Below, one piece after another: positions 24,440-33,865 of a stretch of 64,000 nt of DNA. Under the pieces are notes generated by a model. The model was not told the DNA's origin. It saw nothing but the letters and a program-made list of their open reading frames with translations, and ran no database searches. How positions within the stretch are numbered: position 1 is the first letter of the stretch; every line of letters starts with the position of its first letter. A program made the position numbers and the translations under genes. Source of the DNA: a bacterium (lineage in GTDB: Archaea; Thermoplasmatota; E2; JACPAO01; JAHFTW01); contig JAZJZE010000017.1 of NCBI GenBank assembly GCA_040390065.1, forward strand, positions 31,274 through 95,273, written 5' to 3'.

Positions 24440-25837
24440 ATGCGCAGCCGTTTCGTCCTGGCGTTGACCCTCGTCCTCGTGTCCGTCCCGCTCCTTGCTG
24501 GCTGCTCGACGCCCGAGGAGACGACCACGACGACGTCGACGACGACAACGACGCCCGCACCGCATGCCCGGCTCGACCCGCCGACCAACCTCGCGTTCGC
24601 AGCGCCCGCCGTGCTGGGGACCGAGTCGCTTGGCGCAGAGCCGAGCATCGCAGTCGGCCCCGACGGGACCGCCTTCGTCACCACGCCGTTGGACTTGTGG
24701 AAATCGACGGACGCCGGAGCCACGTGGACAATCATGGGCACGCCATCCTGCCCGGCGCCCATCCCCGGCTGCCCGATGCTGCAGCAGTACGACCCGGGCA
24801 TGAGGGGCGGCGGCGACTCCGACATCTACGTCAGCCCCGACGGCCACGTCCACTGGCTCGGCCTTGCCGATGGTGCAAACGCCATCCCGTACCAGGTCTC
24901 CACCGACAACGGCACGACCTGGAGCGCCGTGCAAGCCCTGGAGGACGGCGACGACGGCGGCGACCGCGAATGGATCACGGGCCGCGCCGACGGCACCCTG
25001 TTTGCCGCGTGGCGCAACTTTCCCCGCACAGGCGACCCGATGATCGTCATGCGGGCCTCATACGACAACGGCACAACGTGGGACCCCATCCGCAACGTCA
25101 CGAAGGACACGCGCCAAGGCGGCGTCGCCGTCGACCCCACATCGCCCGCCATCGCCCTGGCCTCCGACTTGAACGGCGTCATCACCGTTTCGCGCTCGAC
25201 GGACGACGGCGTCACGTGGCAGCACGTCGACGCGGTGAAGGACGCGGCGCAGGGCCACATCTTCCCCGTTCTCGCCTTCGACGGCAACGGCACGTTGTAC
25301 CTCGCCTACGCGCACGACCCCGACGGCTCGGACGTCCCGGCTGGGACTCCGGTGCAGAACCGGCCTTTCGAGACGCCGTCCGTCTTCCTCGCCGTGTCGC
25401 ACGACAAGGGGGCCACGTGGACCGCGCCAGTGCAGGTCAACAAGGCCGGCACGACGGCGTGGTTCCCGTGGATTGCGGCCGGCGCCGCGGGCAAGATCGT
25501 CATCACCTGGTACCAGAACGACCAGGGCCTGTCGCGCCAAGCCGGCGGCGAGGTGTACGTCATGGCGGGCATCAGCCTGGACGCCGACTTCCCGGCGCCG
25601 CGCTTCGCGGTGACGCGCGTCGACCCGGACCCCATCCACATCGGACCCGAGTGCCGCGAGAACACGGCCGTCTGCACGCGCAGCCTGCTCGACTTCTTCG
25701 AGGTCGCCATCCACCCGAACGGCTACCCGATGCTCACGTACACGAAGGACGTCTGGCCGGTGCCGCGCGGGTACGTGCCGACGATCGAGGTGCGCGCCGC
25801 CCACATGACGAGCGGGCCGAACCTGTTGCAGCCGTAG
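24440..25837 (+). CDS. BNR/Asp-box repeat (sialidase-fold propeller) lipoprotein
   Basis: Lipobox LLAGC plus a Thr-rich linker, and five SxDxGxTW boxes (STDAGATW, STDNGTTW, SYDNGTTW, STDDGVTW, SHDKGATW). Confidence 0.8.
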   Translation: MRSRFVLALTLVLVSVPLLAGCSTPEETTTTTSTTTTTPAPHARLDPPTNLAFAAPAVLGTESLGAEPSIAVGPDGTAFVTTPLDLWKSTDAGATWTIMGTPSCPAPIPGCPMLQQYDPGMRGGGDSDIYVSPDGHVHWLGLADGANAIPYQVSTDNGTTWSAVQALEDGDDGGDREWITGRADGTLFAAWRNFPRTGDPMIVMRASYDNGTTWDPIRNVTKDTRQGGVAVDPTSPAIALASDLNGVITVSRSTDDGVTWQHVDAVKDAAQGHIFPVLAFDGNGTLYLAYAHDPDGSDVPAGTPVQNRPFETPSVFLAVSHDKGATWTAPVQVNKAGTTAWFPWIAAGAAGKIVITWYQNDQGLSRQAGGEVYVMAGISLDADFPAPRFAVTRVDPDPIHIGPECRENTAVCTRSLLDFFEVAIHPNGYPMLTYTKDVWPVPRGYVPTIEVRAAHMTSGPNLLQP

Positions 25838-25841
25838 CCGG

Positions 25842-26105
25842 CTAGCAGAATCCGGCACCGCTGATTGCCATGTCCTGCATCTCGCCGTTTCCGTCGATGC
25901 GGAAGTGGCCGCCCGCGATGTACACGGGGCCGGCGCATTCGTAGAACGAGCAGTTCGCGAGGTCCGTGCTGTCGGTGGAATCGCAGTTGATGCAGTTCGT
26001 GGACGTCCCGCAGCTCGGGCCTGAGTCGTCGGCGGCCGCGCCGTGGGCCCCGAGGGCAAGGAGGGTCGCAAGGGCTAGCAGGCCGGCACACACATGGGTG
26101 GGCAT
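25842..26105 (-). CDS. Small secreted Cys-rich protein (87 aa), hypothetical
   Basis: Signal MPTHVCAGLLALATLLALGAHGAAA, mature part with 6 Cys ending GAGFC. Confidence 0.5.
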   Translation of the reverse strand: MPTHVCAGLLALATLLALGAHGAAADDSGPSCGTSTNCINCDSTDSTDLANCSFYECAGPVYIAGGHFRIDGNGEMQDMAISGAGFC

Positions 26106-26309
26106 GACCGCGCAGTCGCGAGCATGTGAGAAGACCATTTGCAACATGCCCGTTTTTGTGCGTAATGAAGTGCGCGAAATCCATGGGGTCCTCCTGCTGC
26201 ACTTGGCCGGGGGTCGGCCCTGCCGACGGCGCCGGGCGAGGCAGGAGAGCCTTGTGGGCGCCTTCCCCGTGCCGGTCTGCGAGGCAGTCCTTATCCCCGG
26301 CACGCCCCC

Positions 26310-27191
26310 TTGTCATGCGTGCGGGTTTGGACCTTGATCCTGACGCTGGCCCTGCTGGCGCCAGCCGCGGAGGCGACGCTGGCGGTCCACGTGGCGTCAC
26401 TCGGAACGATTCCGTTCGACGAGAAGACGCGAACCACAATCCCCGTCCAGGTCGACATCCCGTGCGCCGATTTTGCCTCCGTCTCATTCGCGGGTGGATT
26501 CCTCCTCGAAGTCACCGCAAGCGGGGGCGGGGTCTCGTTCTCGAACGCCGCGACGGCCGTCGACCCCACGCCATGCCAAGCACCCACACTCGCCGCATCC
26601 CTCAACATCACCGTTCCCCTGGTCACGTACGCCACGATTTGGAGCCCCGGATCGCATCCTAGCGACGCGGCGTTCCAGGCAGTGCTAGAACGGAGCAGCA
26701 AGGCGGCCATGGACGAGGGCGTCACGATGCAGAGCATCGTTGTGGCACCGATGGTGGTTGGTCGGGTCGACAGCGGCTCCGCGTCCAGCACTTTGGGGAT
26801 CCGGGTTTCAATCGGCCTGCACAACGATGGCAACGTTCCGATTGAGTTCCGCCTCGCCGCGTCGTCGGATCTGGGGGACGTCACCTTGCCCGGCATCGTC
26901 CTGGTTGGGGCAAAACCGTGGGGGCAGTACGCCGATGCCTCCGCCACCGTCGCCTGGACGGCCCCACCCCAGAAATGGAGTTCGGCGACCATCACCATCC
27001 GCGCGACGCCCGTTGCCCAGCCCGATGGTAGTGTCATCGGACCCGTCGTGGTGAGCACCGTGGTCATCACCAACAGCCAGTCTGCGCCAGGCATGCAACC
27101 CGGGCTTGTCGTCTTGGCCGTAGCCGCAGCGGGGTTCGTCCTGCGGCGCGGGCGCCGCCCTAAGGCGGACTTGTCCCGGCCTTCTCCGTGA
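26310..27191 (+). CDS. Secreted surface protein with C-terminal PG-hydrophobic-RR sorting-like signal, hypothetical
   Basis: Signal peptide, then a C-terminus reading QPGLVVLAVAAAGFVLRRGRR. The start is the TTG at 26310 or the GTG at 26319; a ccttatcc box lies about 26 nt upstream of 26319. Confidence 0.65.
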   Translation: MSCVRVWTLILTLALLAPAAEATLAVHVASLGTIPFDEKTRTTIPVQVDIPCADFASVSFAGGFLLEVTASGGGVSFSNAATAVDPTPCQAPTLAASLNITVPLVTYATIWSPGSHPSDAAFQAVLERSSKAAMDEGVTMQSIVVAPMVVGRVDSGSASSTLGIRVSIGLHNDGNVPIEFRLAASSDLGDVTLPGIVLVGAKPWGQYADASATVAWTAPPQKWSSATITIRATPVAQPDGSVIGPVVVSTVVITNSQSAPGMQPGLVVLAVAAAGFVLRRGRRPKADLSRPSP

Positions 27192-27882
27192 TGGCGTTGC
27201 GGACCTTCCACAACGCCGGCCACAAGACCATCTGCACATCACTTTCCAACTGGTGGACCGCGTAGCCCTTGAGGCTCTTGACGTCGCGGCCGATGACGCG
27301 CTTCACCATGGCGAGGTGGTTGAGGCGCCAGATGTGGAAGAACATGTCAAAGTCGGTGAGGTGTTCGCACAACCGCAGGACGTCCGGCGCGGCCGCCGGG
27401 TTCGTGTAGACGCTCAGCAGGTCGGTCTTGCGGCGCTTGAGGAGCGCGTCCACCTTGGGCCACAACTTCGGCGCGTTCATCTGGATGTCGCGGAAGCCCG
27501 GCGACTCGGCACCGGATCCCTGGCCCAAGGCGGCGCGGATGACGTGGAAGTCCCACGGGTGCATGCGCTCCAAGGTGTGCAGGGCGTCCGTGTTGAGGCG
27601 GATGGCATCGCTGCAGCGCTCGATGAGCGGGTACGCCTCGACGACCTTGTCCTGGTCCAGCATCTCGCCGATGGAGCGCAACTCGAAGAGGATGAGTTTG
27701 CACCACAGCTCGAAGGATTGGTGCACGACCTGGAACATGAGTTCGTCGTGGTGGACTCTGGCGCCCTCCGGTTTCTGCAGTTGCAGCAGTTCCGGGACGC
27801 GCATGTACTTCTCGTAGTCGCTGACGTTCGTCGGGCCGGGAAGCGGTTGCGGGCCGGACGCAGAGGGCGAGGCTGCCGCCAT
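27160..27882 (-). CDS. kynA: Tryptophan 2,3-dioxygenase family heme enzyme
   Basis: YEKYMRVPELLQLQKP...HHDELMFQVVHQSFELWCKLILFEL, GQGSGAESPGFR, and FHIWRLNHLAMVKRVIG. The 3' end overlaps the upstream convergent gene by 32 nt. Confidence 0.85.
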   Translation of the reverse strand: MAAASPSASGPQPLPGPTNVSDYEKYMRVPELLQLQKPEGARVHHDELMFQVVHQSFELWCKLILFELRSIGEMLDQDKVVEAYPLIERCSDAIRLNTDALHTLERMHPWDFHVIRAALGQGSGAESPGFRDIQMNAPKLWPKVDALLKRRKTDLLSVYTNPAAAPDVLRLCEHLTDFDMFFHIWRLNHLAMVKRVIGRDVKSLKGYAVHQLESDVQMVLWPALWKVRNAITEKAGTSPP

Positions 27883-28143
27883 GTGCGCAACTGCTGGGGC
27901 CGGCGACGCGGGCGGTGCCGTCTTCGGCTTCCGGCCGTACCCGAGCGGGCACCCGGGGCCGCCGGAGTCGGACAACGGTGCGGGCCGGCGGGCAAACGGG
28001 TTCCACGACCGCCAGCCACCCAATGTACGTTTTTGCACATTGTATCGAGGATTTGGGGGTAGAAATGGGTTGCCCTTGGGCCTCGCCGGAGGCGGCGGGG
28101 CGTCCCGGTCCGTCGATGCCTTATGGCATTTCGCCGCGCGCCC

Positions 28144-28150
28144 TAAATAG
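28144..28150 (+). promoter_or_regulatory. TATA-like box cTAAATAg
   Basis: About 27 nt upstream of the ATG at 28174. Confidence 0.35.
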
Positions 28151-28173
28151 CGGCGGCTCCGAGGAGATGGTCC

Positions 28174-28365
28174 ATGGTGCCAGAAATGCTTGGCCGCCTC
28201 GCGTGGGGCGCCGGGAAGCTTGCCATGAAGTACGTCGTCATCCCCATCGCGGTGACGGCCGCGACCGCCTTCGTCCTGGGCGGCCTCGTCGAACGCGTGC
28301 GTCGGCAGAAGGAGCCCAACGGCGTGCACAACGTCCACGAATTCCAGTCACATCTGGAAGCCTGA
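28174..28365 (+). CDS. Hypothetical small single-TM protein (63 aa)
   Basis: KYVVIPIAVTAATAFVLGGLV hydrophobic span. The promoter-like box sits at leaderless distance. Confidence 0.45.
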   Translation: MVPEMLGRLAWGAGKLAMKYVVIPIAVTAATAFVLGGLVERVRRQKEPNGVHNVHEFQSHLEA

Positions 28366-28394
28366 GGCGCCCGCATCCGGTGCGGCCCGCTTGG

Positions 28395-28402
28395 GCTTAA
28401 GT
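28395..28402 (+). promoter_or_regulatory. TATA-like box gcTTAAgt
   Basis: About 26 nt upstream of the GTG at 28425. Confidence 0.4.
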
Positions 28403-28424
28403 CGGGCCCGCCCGTCGCCGCCGC

Positions 28425-29612
28425 GTGGCCATCGACTTCACGCTCACGGACGAGCAGCGTCTCATCCGTGACATGACGCGCGCCTTCGTGAACGAGCACA
28501 TCACGCCCGAGATCGTGCGCCAATGGGAGCGCGATGGCGACCACCCGCACAGCATCTACGACAAGATGGCTGCCCAGGGCCTCCTCGGCGCGCCGTTCCC
28601 CGAGGAATACGGCGGCGGCGGCCTGGACGCCGTGAGCTACGCCATCCTCACGGAGGAGCTTGCCCGTGGCTGCAGCAGCCTGCGCACTTCCATCTCCGTG
28701 CACGGCAGCCTCTGCGGTTCCACCATCAAGTACTTCGCAAGCCCGGAGCAGAAGAAGCGCTGGCTCCCCGACATGGCCGCGGGCAAGAAGCTGGGGGCTT
28801 GGGCGCTCACGGAACCTGGATCCGGCTCCGACGCCGCGGGCATGCAGACGACGGGCCGGCGGGACGGAAACGACTACGTCCTCAATGGCGCAAAGGCCTG
28901 GATCTCGAACGGCGCCTTGGCCGACCACGTCATCGTCTACGCCAAGACGAATCCCGCGATGAAGCACAAAGGCATCAGTTGCTTCATGGTCGACAAGGGG
29001 ACGAAGGGCTTCGAGGTCACGGGCATCGAGACGAACAACAAGTTGGGTCTGCGCTCGAGCCCCACGGCGAGCCTGGCGTTTGCCGATTGCCGCGTCCCGA
29101 AGGAGAACCTCATCGGCAACGAGGGCGACGGCTGGAAGAACGCCATGCACGTCCTCAACCACGGCCGCCTGAGTGTCGCCGCGGGCGGCGTCGGCATCGC
29201 GCAAGCCGCCTACGAAGCGAGCATCAAGTACGCCACCGAGCGGCAAGCCTTCGGCCGCCCCATCGGCAACTACCAACTCGTGCAGGCGATGCTTGCGGAC
29301 ATGGATGTCCAGATCATGGCGGGCCGACTCCTCGTCTGGCAAGCCGCCCGCGCCCGCGAGGCCTTCGACCGCGGCGAGATCACCCGTGATGGGTGGACGC
29401 TGGCCGTGTCACGCTGCAAACTCTTCGTCGCCGAGATGGCCACCAAGGTCTGCGAGGACGCCATCCAGGTGCACGGCGCCAACGGCTACACCGACGCGTA
29501 CCCGGTGGAGCGGTACTGGCGCGACTCGAAGATCCTCGGCATCTACGAGGGCACGAACCAGATCCAACGGCTGATCATTGGAAGGCTCGTCACGGGGCTG
29601 CGCGAGGCGTAG
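28425..29612 (+). CDS. Acyl-CoA dehydrogenase (short/medium-chain type)
   Basis: [36 protein letters not shown], and [14 protein letters not shown]. Confidence 0.92.
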   Translation: MAIDFTLTDEQRLIRDMTRAFVNEHITPEIVRQWERDGDHPHSIYDKMAAQGLLGAPFPEEYGGGGLDAVSYAILTEELARGCSSLRTSISVHGSLCGSTIKYFASPEQKKRWLPDMAAGKKLGAWALTEPGSGSDAAGMQTTGRRDGNDYVLNGAKAWISNGALADHVIVYAKTNPAMKHKGISCFMVDKGTKGFEVTGIETNNKLGLRSSPTASLAFADCRVPKENLIGNEGDGWKNAMHVLNHGRLSVAAGGVGIAQAAYEASIKYATERQAFGRPIGNYQLVQAMLADMDVQIMAGRLLVWQAARAREAFDRGEITRDGWTLAVSRCKLFVAEMATKVCEDAIQVHGANGYTDAYPVERYWRDSKILGIYEGTNQIQRLIIGRLVTGLREA

Positions 29613-29656
29613 CAGTCGGCGAAACCATCATCTCCCCTGCCGGACTCGATGAAGCC

Positions 29657-30493
29657 ATGCGTTGGTGGCCATCCCTGGTCTTGCTCCTGCTCCTGGCGGG
29701 CTGCATCGACATCCCCGAGGCTCCCCCGCCGGCGCCGCCGCAACCCGACGTCGTCCTGACCACGGATTCGCTGCACATCCATGCGCCGTGGCTCTCCGGT
29801 GACGTCGTGCTTGCCGTACATCTGGAAGCCAACGCAACGACGTTCGCGTCATGCGACGGCGGCTTCGCCCACGCAGGTTCGTCCAAGTCCGGCGTCGGGT
29901 CCGCACTCCTCGACACGGTGGGCCTCTCGACGACGTGGATCGATACGGCGGTCATCGTGGCCGACGTCGGGCCGGCGAGGAACGACATCTACCAGACGGG
30001 CAGCTTCGTGTCCGGCCCCGTCGATGCCGTGCCGTTCAACGGCACGCGCTGGATCTGGTTCGTCATGCCCGCCATCATGGTCGATGGCGACATCGGAGGC
30101 CTCCGCCTGGAGCTCAGTTGTCCCGGTGCCCGCATCGTCGAGGTCCTGGGGAGCCACACCCTCTCGACGCTGCACTGGCGCAGCAGCGCGGACGCGGCAG
30201 CTATCGTCCTCGAGGACGGCGCCATGGCGGCCCTCTCGCAGCCCGCGACCGTGGACGTCCCCGCGGACGCCCAGGGAATCCTGGCCATCTTCACACGAAA
30301 GGGCACGGGACAATCCATCATTGAATCCCCCGCGGGTCCTTGGACCTATGACCACGAGGGCGGCTTCCTGCTCAAGCCGCTTGCGCCTGGGGCCCACTCG
30401 GTCCGCATGGCGGCGAAGGGCGCCCCACCCGTCGCCGTCCTGGCGCAGGCCGGTCCGGTCGCAAACCTCGACACGTGGCTTCGCAGCCGCTAA
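29657..30493 (+). CDS. Lipoprotein, hypothetical
   Basis: MRWWPSLVLLLLLAGC lipobox followed by a Pro-rich linker. Confidence 0.6.
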   Translation: MRWWPSLVLLLLLAGCIDIPEAPPPAPPQPDVVLTTDSLHIHAPWLSGDVVLAVHLEANATTFASCDGGFAHAGSSKSGVGSALLDTVGLSTTWIDTAVIVADVGPARNDIYQTGSFVSGPVDAVPFNGTRWIWFVMPAIMVDGDIGGLRLELSCPGARIVEVLGSHTLSTLHWRSSADAAAIVLEDGAMAALSQPATVDVPADAQGILAIFTRKGTGQSIIESPAGPWTYDHEGGFLLKPLAPGAHSVRMAAKGAPPVAVLAQAGPVANLDTWLRSR

Positions 30494-31497
30494 GACTCGG
30501 CTTCGCGCGGATCGCCGATCACGTACAAGCTGCGGCGGAAACGCGGCACGAACGCCATGAGGATGGCCATGCGGCTGAGCCCGATGCGGTCGAGGCGCCC
30601 CTCGGACAAGTAGCCGATGGCGCCCGTCGTGCTGCCGATGGACTTGTCGTTGGCAACGGGCCCAAGGACGTCTGACACCATCTCGCCCGTCAAGGCCCGC
30701 GACGTCACCCAGTCCGGGTAATGGAAGGCCGGGCCCCAGCCGTGCGTTTCCCAGCCGTCGCGGTCCACGATGACGCATGCCTGGGCCTCCACGTAGCCTT
30801 CGGTGCCGGGCATCTTGATGAGCCCCGCCTCGACGCCGACAGCGTAGTCGCACTCGGGCCACTCCTTGCGCGCCTCGGCCGCTCGCCGCGCGGCGCCGCG
30901 CATTGCCTGCTCGCCCTTCGGCTGCTCCGGGACGCCAGACTTCACGGCAAAGCCGCGCACCTCGTACGGCAAGTCGACGATGCGCTGGAATTCCTGCCGC
31001 ACGGCGTCGACCTTGACGACGTTGCCCGACCCGACGGCGACACGCATCGGCACGAGGCGCGTGCCGTGCGCATCGATGCGGCCGGAATGGATGGCCGTCC
31101 CGGAGACGGGCAACAAGTCCTGCGCAAGGACGTGGGGCACAACGATGACCTCGAGGGCCTTCAGGCCGTTCTTCTTGCGCGCCACGTTGATGGCGATGGC
31201 GTTCTCGGCGGTCTCGGGCGACACGACGATGCGGTCGTAGGCCTCCCGCGCCGCGGGCCCGTGCGCGTCGACAAGCGGTCGTACCGTCAACGCCGCCCTG
31301 TATCCCGCCGCTCGCACGAACGCCTCGAGCGCCTTGGCGCGCTCCTCCCACGGTGGCACGACGCGATCGGCCCGCTTGGCCAACTTGCCGTCGGTGACGC
31401 CGACGAAGACCTCGTCCGCCCCGGAAAAGGCGGCACGAAGAAGGGCTTGGTGCCCGGCATGCAACGGGTCGAAGGTCCCGCCAAGGCAGACGCGCAC
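30490..31497 (-). CDS. coaD: Fusion: archaeal-type phosphopantetheine adenylyltransferase + non-canonical purine NTP phosphatase (DUF84/YjjX-like)
   Basis: The N-terminal half has CLGGTFDPLHAGHQALL (nucleotidyltransferase H-x-G-H). The C-terminal half has VAVGSGNVVKVDAV, VKSGVPEQPKG, and GAIGYLSEGRLDR. GTG start. Confidence 0.85.
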   Translation of the reverse strand: MRVCLGGTFDPLHAGHQALLRAAFSGADEVFVGVTDGKLAKRADRVVPPWEERAKALEAFVRAAGYRAALTVRPLVDAHGPAAREAYDRIVVSPETAENAIAINVARKKNGLKALEVIVVPHVLAQDLLPVSGTAIHSGRIDAHGTRLVPMRVAVGSGNVVKVDAVRQEFQRIVDLPYEVRGFAVKSGVPEQPKGEQAMRGAARRAAEARKEWPECDYAVGVEAGLIKMPGTEGYVEAQACVIVDRDGWETHGWGPAFHYPDWVTSRALTGEMVSDVLGPVANDKSIGSTTGAIGYLSEGRLDRIGLSRMAILMAFVPRFRRSLYVIGDPREAES

Positions 31498-31548
31498 GCG
31501 GCCACGAGGAACCCCTGCTTCTTAGCGATGGCGGGCGAGCCACCGAAA

Positions 31549-31620
31549 AGCCGACGGTGAGATTTGAACTCACGGCCTGCGGTTTACAAGACCGCTGCAC
31601 TACCCCTGTGCTACGTCGGC
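31549..31620 (-). tRNA. tRNA-Thr (anticodon UGU), no encoded CCA
   Basis: Hand-folded cloverleaf: GCCGACG-TA-GCAC-AGGGGTA-GTGC-A-GCGGT-CTTGTAA-ACCGC-AGGCC-GTGAG-TTCAAAT-CTCAC-CGTCGGC-T. All stems are perfectly paired. Confidence 0.9.
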
Positions 31621-31709
31621 GCAGGGCGGCCGACGCGGGCCGCTTTGAAAAGAGCGCGGGCGGGCGCCTTCCTCTCCCCGCGCCGCGCGGCGTCGAGTGG
31701 GTCCGGCGG

Positions 31710-33794
31710 TCAGGCCCGTCGTCGGCGCTGGAGGAGAAGGGCCGCAAGAAGACCGGTCATCAGGAAGGCTGGCCCGGGCGCCGGCGTGCGGTTGCCGTTG
31801 GCCGCATCCGTAGATTCGCCGCGGGCGATGGGGGCGGCCGGGGGCAGCGCTCCGACTGCCGCGGGGGTCCAAGCGATGGCGCTGGTTTGTGGCGTCAACG
31901 TTCCCAGCTGGGCCCCGGTCTCGCCCGAGAAGACGTACCACGTGGCGTTGAACGAATCGTATGTCAGGGTCGCGCTGAAACCATTGCCACCGCCAAGACT
32001 CGCCGTGGACCGATGGATTCCTTCTTCCAGTTTCACGCCGAAATCCGCCCGCCCATCCCCGTCCACGTCCCCCAGGGAAACTGCCTTCGCCCGGAGCCCG
32101 CCGCGTTGCGCGGCCAGACCGTCGGGGGCGCGAAGCGCCTGGTGGAAGATTTCGCGCCCATCGTCGCCCGCCCGGATGGTGAAGCCGACGCTGGCGCCCG
32201 CGAAGTCGTCCTGCGTGTGGTTGGTCGCGTCCACCCACACGAGGTCCCTGCTGCCTGGCCGGGTGACATCCTGCACCCAGATGGAGGCCAGGGCAGCCGC
32301 GTCCTGCGTCGCCCACATGACGCCGCCCGTGCGGCCATCCCTCGCCTCGACCACCCGTCCGCCGGCGGGCGACGGCGTCATGGATGAAAGGTCAGGGAAA
32401 CCGTCGCCGTTCAGGTCGGACACGACCGGGTTGCGCAGCGGCCCCTCGCGCCCCAGGTTGAACGGCTCCAGCCCATTTGGCCACGGCGCCGCCCACCTGG
32501 GCGACACGTCCAATCCGACGGCGCTCGCCGTCGCGGCAAGGGTCCCATTCAAGGGCGAATCGATGCGCAGGCTTTCGGCGCGACCATCGCCGTCCACGTC
32601 GCCCAGCGGCAGGAGGATGGACGTGGCGTCGGTGAGGACCTCGTGCTGTAGCAGCTTGCCGTCCCGTCCGGACAGGATGTAGACATCGGAGTCGACGCGC
32701 CCGGCCCGGGTCGCGTTGCTGTGCAGGACGTCGAAGGCCACGTCTTGCCAACCGTCGCCGTCCATGTCGGAGCCAACGGTGACGCGGCCGTCGACGAATA
32801 GGGCTGGGGGCGCGGCAAAGGACCACGCGGCGCCCAGGCCGTCCAGCGAGAGCACCGTGAGTGAAGGCGTGGCAAGGACAGGTGCGCCCGGCGCGTCGAC
32901 CGTCGCCTTGGCCGTGCGGGCGTACTCGGCCAGCAACAAGAACCCCGACCCGTGCGGGAACAAGTCGGCCAAAGCCCAGTCCGCCTGGTCAAGGTCCGGT
33001 TCGTCGCGGATGAGTTGGCTCGTCGCCGACCCGTGGATGTCCAGGATCCGGTAGGTGTAATCGGCGTCGCCACGGCCGACCAGGACGCCCGCCTTCGCCG
33101 CATAGACGCCATCGTGGTGGGACACCACGGCGCTGCCGAAGATGCGGCCACCCCCGATGGGCAGGTTGGCCGAGTATCCGACCTTCGACGTGCCGGCCTG
33201 CGCCTCCTTCTGGGCCGGGCACAGGACGACCGCCGTCTGGTTCCACGCACCGGACGCCTCCGCCTGGCCCAGGAGCCGCCCGTCGGCCCCCGACCGCCAC
33301 GCCGATGGAAAGGTTCCGCCGAGGTTGATATGGCTCGCCTCCGCCAGTCCGCATGACGCGTACGTGTAGGATGATCCACCAATCGTTCCCGTGCCAGAGG
33401 AGAAATCCGCCAAACCGTCCCCGGTGATGTCCGGAAGGGGGTTCTGCCAAAGGGTTAGGCCGCCGGTGGTCCACAGGCGGGCGCCAAGGTCGCGACCCGA
33501 ACGGGCCTCGGTCTCGTCGGCCAGGATGTGCCCGTCGCCGAACGGGGCGAGCCGTCGCGAGGCGGCGAGGTCCCCGCGCCCATCATGGTCGATGTCGCCG
33601 ATGGCCCAGAGGTTGAGGTCGAGGGCATCAGGGTAGGCCGCCACGACGGGCGCGGACGCCCGTTGCGGCTCCCCCATTTGCGCCGACGCCGATGCGACGA
33701 CCAGCAAGACCGCCGCCAGGCTACCAAGGGCACCAACCACGGCCGGAACGCGGCATGAATGCAGATAAGGTGATGGGTGACTGGCCTTGACCAC
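31710..33794 (-). CDS. FG-GAP/VCBS-repeat beta-propeller surface protein with C-terminal sorting-like signal
   Basis: Repeated Dx(D/N)GDGxxD loops (GDIDHDGRGDL, DITGDGLADF, SDMDGDGWQDV, GDVDGDGRAE, SDLNGDGFPDL, GDVDGDGRADF). The C-terminus reads APGPAFLMTGLLAALLLQRRRRA. Confidence 0.85.
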   Translation of the reverse strand: MVKASHPSPYLHSCRVPAVVGALGSLAAVLLVVASASAQMGEPQRASAPVVAAYPDALDLNLWAIGDIDHDGRGDLAASRRLAPFGDGHILADETEARSGRDLGARLWTTGGLTLWQNPLPDITGDGLADFSSGTGTIGGSSYTYASCGLAEASHINLGGTFPSAWRSGADGRLLGQAEASGAWNQTAVVLCPAQKEAQAGTSKVGYSANLPIGGGRIFGSAVVSHHDGVYAAKAGVLVGRGDADYTYRILDIHGSATSQLIRDEPDLDQADWALADLFPHGSGFLLLAEYARTAKATVDAPGAPVLATPSLTVLSLDGLGAAWSFAAPPALFVDGRVTVGSDMDGDGWQDVAFDVLHSNATRAGRVDSDVYILSGRDGKLLQHEVLTDATSILLPLGDVDGDGRAESLRIDSPLNGTLAATASAVGLDVSPRWAAPWPNGLEPFNLGREGPLRNPVVSDLNGDGFPDLSSMTPSPAGGRVVEARDGRTGGVMWATQDAAALASIWVQDVTRPGSRDLVWVDATNHTQDDFAGASVGFTIRAGDDGREIFHQALRAPDGLAAQRGGLRAKAVSLGDVDGDGRADFGVKLEEGIHRSTASLGGGNGFSATLTYDSFNATWYVFSGETGAQLGTLTPQTSAIAWTPAAVGALPPAAPIARGESTDAANGNRTPAPGPAFLMTGLLAALLLQRRRRA

Positions 33795-33865
33795 CGCCGC
33801 CGCGCTCGCCCATCACCATCGCGACCTCCACAATCGCTATGATGCGGCACGGCTGCCCGCGTCCG

